NCBI GenBank assembly: GCA_030390025.1
Contig: CM059425.1
Coordinates: 166,720,001 to 166,784,000 of the forward strand
Direction of reading: 5' to 3'
Origin: Squalus acanthias
Taxonomy: Eukaryota
Length of the DNA stretch: 64,000 bases
The position numbers and the translations under genes were made by a program. The notes under the pieces were generated by a model. That model searched no databases and was not told where the DNA came from. It worked only from the letters and a program-made list of their open reading frames with translations. Below are positions 1 through 12,440 of the stretch, piece after piece (the stretch's first letter is position 1; every line of letters starts with the position of its first letter).

Positions 1-450
1 GCCCTATGAGGAGAGATTGAGTAGACTAGGCCTATATTCCCTAGAGTTTAGAAGAATGAGAGGTGATCTAATTGAAACATATAAAATTCTTAACGGTTTG
101 ACGGGGTTAATGCTGAGAAAATGTTTCCCCTGGCTGAACCCTGAATCTAGAACACAGGGTCACAGTCTCAGAATAAGGGCTTGGCCATTTAGGACTGAGA
201 TGAGGAGAAATTTCCTCACTCAAATGGTTGTGAATCTTTGGAATTCTCTACCCCAGAGAGCTGTGGATGCTCATCATTGAGTATATTCAAGACAGAGTTC
301 GATAAATTGTTGGGAACTAAGGGAATTAAGGGATGTGGGGATAGTGTGGGAAGGTGGCGTTGAGGTAGAAGATCAGCCATGATCTTGTTGAATGGTGGAG
401 CAGGCTCGAAGGGCCAAATGGCCTACTCCAGCTCCTATTTCTTATGTTCT
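1..450 (+). mobile_element. CR1 LINE 3' fragment (end of ORF2 plus 3' UTR)
   Basis: ORF 17..280 reads RLGLYSLEFRRMRGDLIETYK...RRNFLTQMVVNLWNSLP, the CR1 ORF2 C-terminus. The 3' UTR ends ...ggcctactccagctcctatttcttatgttct, like the other CR1 copies here. Confidence 0.9.
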
Positions 451-1119
451 CTGCTTTAAATGTTTATCTACTTTTCCATTAAAAGATACAATGGCCTCTG
501 TCTCAATTATTCTAGCTTGAAAAGAAGGAATATTAAAAGTTATGGGGAGCTTGCAGAAAAGTGGGTGCAATTACTATGCAACTTATCAGGACAAAATATA
601 GCATAGTCAAATGTGAATTGTGATGTGTCATATTCTTTAATTATGGGAAATATACTAATGGTTCTAGTAAACACAGTTTTATTTACTTCAGTTGCAGAAT
701 GTTCTGTTTAATTAAGGCCCTGAGTTTTGTTATTTATATGACCTATTAAGTGACTCATGGGTGTAATTGCTTGTGTGATGAAATGTTTCCCCCATGAATC
801 ATTAAATAACTCATATTTGAAAAAATGTTTATGGGATATTTATGTGATTATAATTGTAACCAAACACCAGAAAATCTGTAACTGGATTATATAAAGCCTT
901 GTATAGTCAGCCTATTAGACTGACAGAGACAGTTGCTTGTAGTTTTGTGGCTGTGATTACTGGGGCTCTGAGCCGTCAGTCCTACAATCAAGTCACTGGC
1001 CCTGAAATTCTATGGTCTTCCAGCCCATTCCTGCTGTAGCTTCAGCAGGAGCATACAGGAATGACCAGAAACTAGGCTGGGATCCAGATACCGGGTCTCA
1101 CCTAAATGCTGGCTTGCTG

Positions 1120-1570
1120 AGCCAAGTCCCGCTCACCTATCACTCCTGTCCATGTTGACCTAGTTTGGCTCCCGGACCTCCAAAACCTTCAATATAATAT
1201 TTTAATCCTTGTGTCTAATTCCGTTCATGGCCTCGTTTCTCCCTACCTCTGTAACCTCCTCCAGCCCTACAGCCCCACAGAGTTCTCTGTTCTTCCGACT
1301 CTGGCCTCTTGTGGATCCCTCTCTACCTTTGCCTCACTACTGACAGGCATCCCTACATCCATCTATGTTCCAAGCTCTGGAATTCTCTCCCTAAAATCCC
1401 TCCACCTCTCTGCTTCCTTCTCTTCCTTTAAGACCTTCCTTAAAACCCACCTCTCCCCTCCTAAATCTCTTTCTTTCGCTTGGCATCCATTTTTTGTACA
1501 ATCACAACTCTGTGAAGCACCTTGAGACGTTTTTCAACACGCCATGTAAAGGCAAGTTGTTCTTGTTGCT
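1120..1570 (+). mobile_element. L2 LINE 3' fragment
   Basis: aagtcccgctcacctatcactcctgtc... matches the L2 copy at 60030-60400. It ends in an L2-like tail gcaagttgttcttgttg. Confidence 0.7.
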
Positions 1571-1833
1571 GAAGCTGCAGTTCATCAGATTGATTGATAT
1601 GAACAGAGTGACATTATTGCATGATGCAAGTCGTTGTCTGCTACCTGGTTAAGCCTCCATATTAGCATGCAAAAAAAGCAAGCTCCGGAAATGCAGCAGA
1701 ACTCAAGCCCCAGGCTCCAGAAAGTATTAAGGGTGGGGTCTATGCAGGAATCCATTGTTGCAGACATTTTGAACACATAAAAGGCAACTCTATGGGTAAC
1801 TTTAGTGATTTTACTGGGAAATATTTAATTTTA

Positions 1834-2349
1834 TGGGGCCGGTTTTGTCCCCATTTTCGGGCGGGAATGGGATGGTTATAGGCTGAAAACTAACAGTGCT
1901 GAATTTACCAGGCTAATCTCGCCTATGTCAGGCCTGCCATGATTTTGCAGCAGTCTGGGAAACAGGGGAGGAGCCTACTTAAATATGCAAATCAGGCTCT
2001 TACACCATCAGTAAGACCACAATCCAATTTTGATGTTCTACTGGGTCGCTGGAGGCCACTCAGAAAGCCCCCCAAAAAAGCACTTTGGATTGATTTCTGT
2101 GGGGCAAGGAGGAGCATGAATCTTCCCACCCATTGCTGGTCTCACTTTATATTGTGACTTCAGGCTCGGCTCTGTGGAGAAGCTGCCGGAATTCCTGCCC
2201 CTTCCCCTCTCCGCTATTGGCAAATTGCCGGTCAGCGCTCATACAGTGCTGGCAGCTCACCGTTATTATTCAGATGAGGCCTGACCATGAAAGTGGTCAC
2301 AACACTTGTCTCTCACCAGACAGAATTGGACGCACAAACATTTACCCCT
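1834..2349. mobile_element. Degenerate MITE, probably Harbinger-type
   Basis: GC-richer island starting ggggccggtttt and ending catttacccc. It contains ttaaatatgcaaat and atgaggcctgacc motifs also seen in other MITE remnants, e.g. near 24400. Confidence 0.35.
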
Positions 2350-4330
2350 GCATGGTTATTATGCTAGACATTCACTTTTGATACTCACTTCACAGATTAC
2401 AAAGAAAGCAAGACTGCAGCTGAGAGTATATTCAAAGAAGATTTTCTGGCAATTTTTCTCTTTGCTACTTGTTTATCCATATCTTGTTACTGTTTGCTTT
2501 GATTGATATATGTTGTTCTTCTTTTCTGTTGCTTGTTATTTCTTCATTTGTAATTTTAGTACCTTATTGTTTGTGATTCGTTTGTGATGTTCTGAGATCA
2601 TGAAAGGCACAAGTTTTTTCTTTCTTTTTCTTTACTGTATACTTGCCGATTGATGCTTTCCTACCTTTTCAGTAATATTTCAAGCAATTAACATCACTCA
2701 GTTAAGTGATTTATTGCTTTTTTTCTGAACCTCATATCTGAGCCAAGCAAGTGTGACAGGCGCTGTACTTGTGTGACAGACAATGGTTCCATACATTACA
2801 GACACACACTAGAGGCAATTGTATACAGTTCTAACTTCAGTTCTAATTCTTATTGTTTGGTAATTATGCAGACTGGATACTACAGATTTAGATGAAGGGA
2901 TAACTAATATGTAAAGCCCTATTATCTGGAGTCTGCTGTGAGTTACTGAAGGAAAGTGTTAAATGAACCATAAAGAACAGAATAATTTGGTAGAATACTA
3001 AGGGTAAATTTAATGATTTTACATTTCCTTAATGGTCAGAAAATCTTGCAGGGCTTGCTGACTTCCACATCTGAATTCACTATGTGCACTGCTGGTGAGC
3101 ATTAATTTGTAAAATTGCTTCTTAAGAGTTCATAATTGATCATTTATTGTGAGTCCTAATCCATACCAAGACAATGTCCAATAGAGAAATTAAAAGAGAT
3201 CTTATTCATACTGGACTTCCCATATGAATAGGAATATGGAATTCATTTGGAAGTGCAGCAAAGAAAAGAGAAAAATATTAAGACAGTTGATAATTAAAAT
3301 TTTAAATGTAGAGGCGGGCATGTGTTTGTATATAGGGACTTGAGAACATGCAAAAATGAACTTAACTAAAACTGTAATGATGCCATTTTAGTCTTTAAAA
3401 CTGGATATCAGATGCATGGCTAGTTCTTGGAATTTAAACAAAATTATGTTCTAATATTCAGAGGGACTCAGTCTCATTTCGCTTTAAGCCCTGAGACTAT
3501 TACAATGGTCACTGTTCAGCTTGTTACTTGCAACAGTTAATTCCAGTAAAGCTTTCAATAATACATCTCAACCTAAGACTACATTACACATGAGTTTATT
3601 ACCATTGGATTGAAATCATTGTACGGATTCAATAATGGTGCATTATTATTTTTGTATGAAATTTTTGCAGTTGTTATTTTAACAAAAGCTTTAAAATAAG
3701 TGAATTAAAAGGGACAGAAAAATATCACACTGATTGATTCCAACCCAAAAATTCGTCAACTCAGTTTAGGTGATTTGTTTCAGCTTAACAAATTCAACAC
3801 AAGTGAAAATCATGTTCAAAGCAAATGATTAACCCTTTGCTTGAAAATAATAAGGAAGTGAAATTTGATTAGGCCCGAAAGCGGGCGCGGGCGCAGGGAG
3901 TGCGAAGCACGATCTGCCTTCGCCCATTCAAAGTGGTGCAGGCAGCATGCAAAAGTCGTGCTGCCTGCTCATTTACATGATTAGAGAACTGAGCTCAGCG
4001 CTAAGCGTGCTACTAGTTAGCTTAGCGCTCAAGAGGGGGGCCAATATCATGTTCAGTCTACTGCCCAATTAAATTTTGCCTAGGCTCTCTGGACTTCTGA
4101 AAGTGGAGGTGCTTTGTTGAAGAAGAAACTCACTGTCACTCTGCATGCAGCCATGGCTCAACAGGGAAGAGAAAGGGCAAGGAGATTACCTGACGCAGCA
4201 CTGGAGGCCTTGGTCATGGGGGTACACAGAAGAAGACAGGTCCTCTACCCGCAGGGGGACAGGAGGCATTCTGGGAAGCATGCCCGGAGGCAGTGGGAGG
4301 AGATAGCAGAAGCCGTCGGTGCCACATGTG

Positions 4331-4436
4331 AAAGAAAGAAAGACTTGCATTTATATAGCGCCTTTCATGACCACCGGACGTCCCAAAGCTCTTTACAGCC
4401 AATTAAGTACTTTTGAAGTATAGTTACTGTTGTAAT
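4331..4436 (-). mobile_element. tRNA-derived Deu-type SINE, 3' part; further pieces at 12441-12546
   Basis: aaagaaagacttgcatttatatagcgcctttc...tttacagccaatt...gttgtaat is the reverse complement of the tail of the SINE at 29935-30360. Confidence 0.7.
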
Positions 4437-4559
4437 AAGAACATAGAACTAGGAGCAGGAGTAGGCCATTCAGCCCCTCGAACCTGCTCCGCCATTCAAT
4501 AAGATCATGGCTGATCTTCTACCTCAACTCCACTTTCCTGCACTATTCCCATATCCCTT

Positions 4560-7500
4560 GATTCCCTTAATATCCAAAAATCTATCGATCTCTGTCTTGA
4601 ATATACTCAATGACTGAGCCTCCACAGCCCTCTGGGGTAGAGAATTCCAAAGATTCACCACCCTCTAAGTGAAGAAATTTCTCCTCATCTCAGTCCTAAA
4701 TGGCCGACCCCTTATTCAGAGACTGTGACCCTTGGTTCTAGACTCCCCAGCCAGGGGAAACATCCTTCCTGTATCTACCCTGTCAAACCCTGTAAAGATT
4801 TTGTATGTTTCAATGAGATCACCTCTCATTCTTCTAAATTCTAGAGAATATAGGCCTAGTCTACTCAATCTCTCCTTTAAGGACAATCCCCCCATCCCAG
4901 GAATCAGTCTGGTGAACCTTCGTTGCACTCCCTCTATGGCAAGTATATCTTTCCTTTGGTAAGGAGACCAAAATTGTATACAATACTCCAGGTGTGGTCA
5001 CACAAGGCCCCTATATAATTGCAGTAAGACATCTTTACTCTTCTACTCAAATCCTCTTGTAATAAAGGCCAACATACCATTTGCTTTCTTAATTGCTTGC
5101 TGTACCTGCATATTAACTTTCAGTGATTTGTGTAAAAGGACACCCAGGTCCTTCTGAACACCAACATTTCCCAATCTCTCACCATTTAAAAAATACTCTG
5201 CTTTTTTATTTTTCCTACCAAAGTGGATAACTTCACATTTCTCCACATTATATTCCATTTGCCATGTTCTTGCCCACTCACTTAGCCTGTCTATATCCTC
5301 CTGAATCCTCCTTGCATCCTGTTCACAACTTACATTCCCACCCAGCTTTGTATCATCAGCAAACTTGGATATATTACATTTGGTCCCCTCATCCAAATTA
5401 TTGATATAGATTGTGAATAGCTGAGGCCCAAGCACTGATCCTTGTGGTACCCCGCTAGTTACAGCCTGCCAACCCAAAAATGACCTGTTTATTCCTACTC
5501 TCTGTTTTCTGTCCGTTAACCAATCCTCAATCCATGCTAGTATATTACCCCCAATCCCTTGAGCCCTAATTTTGTTTAATAACCTCTTGTGTCAAACACG
5601 ATTTCCCTTTCATAAATCTGTGTTGACCCTGCCCAATCCTATTATTATTTTCTAAGTGCCTTGTTACCACGTCCTTAATAATAGATTCTAGCATTTTCGC
5701 TACGACTGATGTCAGGCTAACTGGTCTGTAGTTCCCCGTTTTCTCTCTCCCTCCTTTCTTAAATAGTGGGGTTACATTTGCTACCTTCCAATCCGCGGAA
5801 ACCGGTCTAGAATCTATGGAATTTTGGAAGATGACAACCAATGCATCCACTATCTCTATAGCTACCTGTTTCAAACCCTAGGATGTAGGCCATCAGGGCT
5901 AGGGGATTTATCAGCTTTCAGTCTCATTAATTTCTCCAGTACTATTTTTTTACTAATACTAATTTCTTTCAGTTCCTCATTCTTGCTAGACCCTTGGTTC
6001 TCCACTATTTCCAGGAGGTTTTTTGCGTCTTCTTCCATGAAGACAGACACAAAGGGCTAGAAATTCCCCTCGAGCCCCGTTTGGGGCACTAAATCAGAAA
6101 AGCTGGAAAAGTTAGCGCCAGGCGCTAACCTCTTCCAACCTTTCTATAATTCCCACTTTTTGCTCCAAAAGTGAAGTGTAGCGCTAAATAAATTCTTGGA
6201 ATGCAAGAGGGGGGGAAGTTCACGACCCAGGGCGCATGGCTGAGCAGTGCCACGCACTGGGCCTCGTGGCGCTGACGCTTTGCAGGGCCTCTTGCCTGAC
6301 TTAAAGGGAAGGGCCCCACGCTGCGAACTCTGCAGGATTTTTTTAACTTACCTGCAGCACCGGGGAGCGGGGGTGCCGAGCGATCAGCCAGGCACTGAAG
6401 CAGAGTGCCGGGCTGACCGATTATGGCACGGACCCCGCGTCCGGAGTAAGAACACATTTTTCAAAAAAGCCGACATTTATTTCAGGGCGTCTGGCCACCT
6501 CACATTTAACTTCCGCCCTGCAAGCAGCCGGCCACCCTGCTTGCATCCCCGGCAGCAGTCGCAGCCATCGCTCGTCGCTGCTGCAGGGGGCGAAGGGGAA
6601 TTTTTCTGTCGGGCGAAAAGGCCTTTGTGCCCCGTTAGTGCCCCCCCATGGGAGGTGCAAAGGAGGGGAATTTCTCCCCCAAAGTATTTGTTTAATTTGT
6701 CTGCCATTTCCTTATTCCCTATTATAATTTCTCCTGTCTCAGCCTGTAAGGGACACACATTTACTTTCGTTAATCTTTTCCTTTTTATATACCTATAGAA
6801 GCTTTTGCAGTCTGTTTTTATGTCTCTCACTAGTTTACTCTCATATTCTATTTTCCCTTTCTTTTTCAATTTCATGATCCTCCTTTGCTGAATTCTAAAA
6901 TCCTCCCAATCCTCAGGCTTACTGCTCTCTTTGGCAACATTATAAGCCTCTTCCTTTGATCGAATACTATCTTTAACTTCTCTTGTTAGCCACGGTTGGA
7001 CCACTTTGCCTGTGGGGATTTTGTGCCTTAAAGGAATGTATATTTGTTGTAAATTATACATTAATTCTTTAAATGCTACCCATTGCTTGTCTACCGTCAT
7101 ATCTTTTAATGTAGTTTCCCAATCTACCTTAGCCAACTCGCCCCTCATACCTATGTAATTTGCTTTGTTTAGATTTAAGACCCTAGTTTCGGATTTAACT
7201 AAATCACTTTCAAACTCAATATAAAATTCTACCATATCATGGTCACTCTTCCCTAAAGGCCCCTTTACTACAAGGTTATTAATTAACCCTTTCTCGTTGC
7301 ACAATCCTCGATCTAAAATAGCCTGTTCCCTAGTTGGTTCCTTAACATGCTGATCTAGAAAACTATCTTGTACACATTCCATTAATTCGTCCTCCACACT
7401 ATTACTGTAAATTTGGTTTGCCCAGTCTATATGTAGATTAAAGTCCCCCATGATTACTGTATTACCCTTGTTACATGCGCCTCTAATTTCCTGATTTATA

Positions 7501-7904
7501 CTCTGCCCTACATTACAACTACCATTTGGGAGCCTATAAACAACTCCCACCAATGCTTTCTGCCCCTTGCTGTTTCTTAGCTCCACCCAAACTGATTCTA
7601 CTTCTTGATTTTCCGAGCTAAGATCCTTTCTCTCTACTGTATTTATCCCATCCTTTATTATCAGGGATACCCCTCCTCCTTTTCCATTTTGCCTATCCCT
7701 TCTAAAAGTTAAGTATCCTGGAAAATTTAGTTCCCAACCTTGGTCACTTTGCAACCACGTCTCCGTAATGGCTATTAGATCAAACCTATTAATTTTTATC
7801 TGCGCTATTAATTCATCTATTTTGTTGCGAATGCTTCGTGCATTCAGATATAGTGCCTTTAGCTTTGACTTTTTTCTATTTTTCCCTGATGTCACCTTAG
7901 TCAC
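4560..7904 (-). pseudogene. CR1 ORF2 (apurinic-like endonuclease plus reverse transcriptase), disrupted
   Basis: Motifs YLNARSIRNK, IAITETWL, MGDFN, SDH (endonuclease) and [28 protein letters not shown] (RT). It is broken by the MITE at 6054, frameshifts, and a deletion near 5590 that removes the LDFQKAFD motif. Confidence 0.9.
6054..6680. mobile_element. Harbinger/Tourist-type MITE (627 bp)
   Basis: TIRs GGGCTAGAAATTCCCCTC / GAGGGGAATTTCTCCCCC (16/18). 3-bp TSD AAA at 6051-6053 and 6681-6683. Removing it restores CR1 gacagacacaaagtatttg. Confidence 0.9.
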
Positions 7905-8054
7905 TGATGCCCTATTACTTTTGTTACTCTCTCTGTCCTTCCTGACCCACTCTGCTTATTTTTTCCCAAAACTCTGCTCTGCTCTAGAGCATTGACATTT
8001 CTCTTGCTGCTTTTAAATTTACTCTTTCCTGAATCCTCCCACCACCCCCCTTCA

Positions 8055-9775
8055 TTAGTTTAAAGCCCTGTCTACTGCCCTAGTTATTCGATTCACCAGG
8101 ACACTGGTTCCAGCCCAGTTTAAGTGGAGGCCATCCCAATGGAACAGCTCCCTCTTTCCTCTATACTGGTGCCAGTGCCCCATTAAACAAAACTCCTGCC
8201 TCCCACACCACTCTTTGAGCCACACATTTAACTCTCTAATCTGCTTATCCCTGTGATAATTGGTGCGTGATTATTATCCAGAGATTATTACCTTTGAGAT
8301 TCTGCTTTTTAGTTTGGACCCCAACTCCTCAAACTCTCTCAGCAGAACCTCATTCCTAGTTCTACCTATGTCATTGTTTCCTACGTGGACCACGACAACT
8401 GGATCCTCCCCTTCCCACTCCAAGTTCTTCTCCAGCCATGAGGAGATGTCTTTCACCCTGGCACTGGGCAGGCAAAACAACCTTCGGTACTCCTTGTCAC
8501 GGCGCAGAGAACAGTATCTATCCCTCTGACTATATTGTCCCCTACCACAATTACATTCCCTTTCACTTCCCCCATTTGAAAGGCCTCCTGCACCATGGTG
8601 CCATGGTCAGCTTGCTCATCCATCCTGCAGGCTTTTCTCTCATCCACACAGGCAGCAAGAACTTCATACCTGTTGGATAAGGACAAATGCCAAGGCTCCT
8701 CCAGCACTTCACCTGGGGTCCCCTTACCTGTCTGAGTTGCAGTCACACCCTCCTGTCCCTGACCACTAACCAGACCTGAACCACTACCTAACCTGCCTCC
8801 TGGATCAAAGGGCTGGATTTTAAGAATGGAGATGTGCTGGAGGCGGGACTGCTGCTTGCTGGGTTTCAGTCCCGTCTCCATCAGCTTCTGGCCAACCAAC
8901 GGGATTTTCCCCTGATTGACCTTGTTAAGCTCGCCCGCCGGGCTCGGCAGGCCAATTAGGGGGAAGTCAGTGACAGAGCACGTCAATTTATAATGTGTCA
9001 TCTGTCAAGAACTTTTGAAAGAAGAAATGTCATCGTTTGACAGCTCTGTGAAGCTGTCAAACACTGACATTCTGTGTAGTTTGACGAGGCCTTGTGTTCA
9101 GGACTCATCAAACTTTTTTACTTTGCAGAAATCAGCTGGCTGCTGGTTCGGAGGATCCAACAGCCAGTCTGTGATCTCTACAATGGAGATGTCGAGGACT
9201 CCGGCTCCACAGCGGCTGAAGACTGTAGGTAGAAACAAAGGTAAGTTAACATTTTCTAACACTTTACACTCACCTTACGTACTTACCACTCCACACTTGC
9301 ACCCATCACTCACCTCTACATCATACTTTCAGACCACGCAGACCCCCACAGACCTCCTACTCACCTCCTACACCCCAGCGGGGATCCCCCAGGTCGGGAA
9401 GCCTGCACTTCAGGATGAAAAATGCGGATAATCCTATTTTCTGCCTGTTAACTACCTGTTAACAGGCAGTTAATAGATTTTAATCCTCTTCCCGCCGATA
9501 GTTTGCCACCCGCTCCCAAATTCTGCCACTTTCCTGGCAGTCCCGCCTCCATTCCTGCCTCCTCGAGGCTGAGAAAATCCAGCCCAAAGTGTCCAGGTAA
9601 CTCTTCCCCTCCCTGATGCCCCGCAATGTCTGCACCTCAGACTCCAGCTCAACAACTCTGAGTTGAAGTTCTTCAAGATGCAGGCACTCACTACCAACAT
9701 GATTATCCGGGATCACAATGCTCTCCACAGACTCTCACATGCTGCAGTTGAGGTACACCACCTGCACTGCCATCC
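8055..9775 (-). pseudogene. CR1 ORF1 (Zn-finger/leucine zipper plus SGNH esterase), disrupted
   Basis: Motifs ECLHLEELQLRVVELESEVQTLRGIRE, IVVGDNIVRGID, FCLPSARVKDI and VVVHVGNNDIGR. It is split by the MITE at 8810. Confidence 0.8.
8810..9585. mobile_element. Harbinger/Tourist-type MITE (776 bp)
   Basis: Perfect 12-bp TIR GGGCTGGATTTT / AAAATCCAGCCC. TSD AAA at 8807-8809 and 9586-9588. Removing it restores ggatcaaagtgtccagg. A related inverted copy lies at 49054-49922. Confidence 0.9.
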
Positions 9776-9952
9776 CTATATGACCTTGTTCTATTTAATT
9801 ACATTTGTATTTAAGTAACTTAGTTTACAGTTTCGTTTCTTGACTACTTAATTGATCTAGATTAAGTTATGGGTAATGAAATTAAATATCTACCTGTAAC
9901 ACAAAGCACTACAAGTAGTGTAGGCAAAAAGCAGCAACTCCTTCCCCCCTTC

Positions 9953-10328
9953 TCCAAATTCCCACTCTTTTCAAATTCCCAAATGAAACACTCTGTTTAA
10001 GTGCACTCTGTTTAATTCTGCTCTGCAGAACTGTTTTTTTTTATACTTTAGGAGCCTCACCCAATTTACAAGTGTTGACTCAACACCCTTGCTGCCTGTG
10101 ATTAGCACCTATTCAAGACAAACACTTACAGCCGACTGACAGGTAACTGCCACTGGCGGGCAGTTTCTGTTAACTACAGTTTTAAAAGTTTTAGGTTTAA
10201 ATCAAAATATTTAACTAAATTTCACTATTTACAGCTTCTACAGACCCAATACTTACCAGAAATTCCCATTCTTTCAAATTCCCAAATGAAACAGTCTGAT
10301 AAAGTGCACTCCATTTAATTCCGCTCTG
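9953..10328. repeat. Direct repeat (~70 bp, ~305 bp apart) in the CR1 5' UTR
   Basis: aaattccca.tc.tttcaaattcccaaatgaaaca.tctg.t.aagtgcactc..tttaattc.gctctg occurs at about 9955 and about 10260. Confidence 0.7.
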
Positions 10329-10475
10329 TGAAGACCGCAGGTAACGCGGCTGTTCCGTGGGTTTGGGTAAAAAACTGGTTGTCGAGACGTCATCCTACAA
10401 CTCATCCGCTTCATCCTTGACCACAATGTCTTCACCTTAGACAACCATTTTTTTACCCAAACACACGGAACAGCC

Positions 10476-11659
10476 ATGGGGACCAAATTCGCACCCCAAT
10501 ATGCCAACATCTTCATGCACAAGTTCAAGCAAGACTTCTTCGCTGCACAGGACCTCCAACCAATGCTATACACCAGATACATCGATGACATTTTCTTCCT
10601 ATGGACCCACGGCGAAGAATCACTGAAAAGACTACACGATAACATCAACAAGTTCCATCCCACCATCAAACTCACCATGGACTACTCCTCAGAATCGGTT
10701 TCATTCTTGGACACACGAATCTCCATCAAAGACGGACACCTCAGCACTTCACTCTACCGCAAGCCCACGGACAACCTCACGATGCTCCACTTCTCCAGCT
10801 TCCACCCTAACCACGTTAAAGAAGCCATCCCCTATGGACAAGCCCTGCGAATACACAGGATCTGCTCAGACGAGGAGGAACGCGATGGACACCTACAGAC
10901 GCTGAAAGACACCCTCGTAAGAACGGGATATGACGCTCGACTCGTCGATCGACACTTCCGATGGGCCACAGCGAAAAATCGCATAGACCTCCTCAGAAGA
11001 CAAACACGGGACACAACCAACAGAGTACCCTACGTCGTCCAGTACTTCCCCGGAGTGGAGAAACTACGCCATGTTCTTCGCAGCCTTCAACATGTCATCG
11101 ATGACGACGAACACCTCGCTAAGGCCATCCCCACGCCCCACTACTCGCCTTCAAACAGCCGCCTAACCTCAAACAGACCATCGTTCGCAGCAAATTACCC
11201 AGCTTTCAGGAGAACAGCGACCACGACACCACAAAACCCTGCCACGGCAACCTCTGCAAGACATGCCAGATCATCAACACAGACACCATCATCACACGTG
11301 AGGACACCACCCACCAGGTACATGGTACATACTCATGTGACTCAGCCAACGTTGTCTACCTCATACGTTGCAGGAAAGGATGCCCCGGAGCATGGTACAT
11401 CGACGTGACCATGCAGACACTGCGACAACGTATGAACGGACACCGGGCAACAATCGGCAGGCAGGATTGTTCCCTCCCAGTCGGGGAACACTTCAGCAGT
11501 CAAGGACATTTAGCCTCCGATCTTCGGGTAAGCGTTCTCCAAGGCGGCCTTCGAGACACACGACAACGCAAAATCGGCGAGCAGAAACTGATAGCCAAGT
11601 TGCACACCCATGAGGACGGCCTCAACCGGGATCTTGGGTTCATGTCACGCTACATGTAA
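10476..11659 (+). pseudogene. Penelope RT/GIY-YIG ORF fragment, frameshifted
   Basis: ORFs 10476..11408 and 11405..11659, plus an intermediate frame between about 11135 and 11405. Confidence 0.85.
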
Positions 11660-11660
11660 C

Positions 11661-11702
11661 CCCACCTGACGTAGAGTCATCCAGACTCGAGTCGTCGTTG
11701 GC
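11661..11702 (+). ncRNA. Degenerate minimal hammerhead ribozyme motif
   Basis: CTGACGTA-GAGTC-atcca-GACTC-GAgtCGTC. Stem II is intact but the core boxes deviate from CUGANGA and GAAA. Confidence 0.45.
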
Positions 11703-11965
11703 TTGTTCTCTCTACACAGATGCGGCCGGACCTGCTGTGATTTCCAGCAAAAATGTGTTTTGTTTTCCATACAGACCCCAGCATCTGCCACATTGTCTTT
11801 GCGGTAATGTTTTCCTGACTGACCTGTTTGGACACCATCCACACCTTTGATTGCTGTGATTATCTCTCTGCCGAGGTGTGATAAAGGGCAGTTGGAAAGA
11901 TTAACTATAATCATCTGGCAGTGTTCTCTGACTATATATGCTGTGCCTATATGCATCTCTTCACT

Positions 11966-12002
11966 TCACCTGACGAAGGAGCAGCGCTCCGAAAGCTTGT
12001 GA
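11966..12002 (+). ncRNA. Minimal type I hammerhead ribozyme (PLE-associated)
   Basis: TCAC-CTGACGA-A-GGAGC-agc-GCTCC-GAAA-GC-TT-GTGA. It has stem I TCAC/GTGA, both core boxes, a 5-bp stem II and a palindromic AAGCTT in place of stem III. Confidence 0.75.
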
Positions 12003-12052
12003 TTTCAAATAAAGCTTTTGGACTATAACCTGGTGTTGTGCGACTTCTCACA

Positions 12053-12440
12053 TTTGAAACATATATGATTCTGAGGGGGCTTGATAGGGTAAATGCAGGG
12101 AGGATGTTTCCCCTCGTGGGGGATTCTAGAACTAAGGGGCATAATTTCAGAATAAGGGGTCGCCCGTTTAAAACGGAGATGAGGAGGTATTTCTTCTCTC
12201 AGAGGTGCGTGAATCTTTGGAATTCTCTACCCCAGAGAGCTGTGAAGGCTGAGTCAGTGAAAATATTCAAGGCGGAGATAGACAGATTTTTGAAAAACAG
12301 GGGACTCAAGGGTTATGGGGAGCGAGCAGGAAAGTGGAGTAGAGGCCAAAATCAGATCAGCCATGATCTTATTGAATGGCGGAGCAGGCCCGAGGGGCCG
12401 AATGGCCTACTCCTGCTCCTACGTCTTATGTTCTTATGTT
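12053..12440 (+). mobile_element. CR1 3' fragment
   Basis: ETYMILRGLDRVNAGRMFPL...NLWNSLPQRAV, followed by the tail tcttatgttcttatgttc. Confidence 0.9.

Larger units (their letters stand above)
4437..10330 (-). mobile_element. Near full-length CR1 LINE (5' UTR, ORF1, ORF2, 3' UTR), decayed, with two MITE insertions
   Basis: Collinear ORF1 (Zn-finger, coiled coil, SGNH esterase) and ORF2 (APE endonuclease, RT). A CR1 tail repeat aagaacatagaa lies at about 4437. Confidence 0.9.
10380..12052 (+). mobile_element. Penelope-like element (5'-truncated; RT plus GIY-YIG endonuclease)
   Basis: Motifs GTAMGTKFAPQYANIFM, YTRYIDDIFFLW, FLD and YRKPTD (PLE RT). Across frameshifts: CKTCQII, SANVVYLIRCRKGC, WYI..TMQTLRQRMNGHR and PVGEHF (GIY-YIG). 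A 3' pseudo-LTR carries hammerhead motifs and AATAAA at about 12008. Confidence 0.9.

Noticed and set aside
2350..3850. Host exons in the unique AT-rich stretches (also 450-1120, 24490-25180, 29133-29930, 52870-53430, 56800-57225)
   Set aside because: Only isolated AG/GT-like motifs and short ORFs without recognisable similarity. Small exons cannot be excluded without RNA-seq or homology searches.
6125..6798. Several overlapping ORFs inside the 6054-6680 element
   Set aside because: They are chance ORFs in a GC-rich MITE with no domain motifs.
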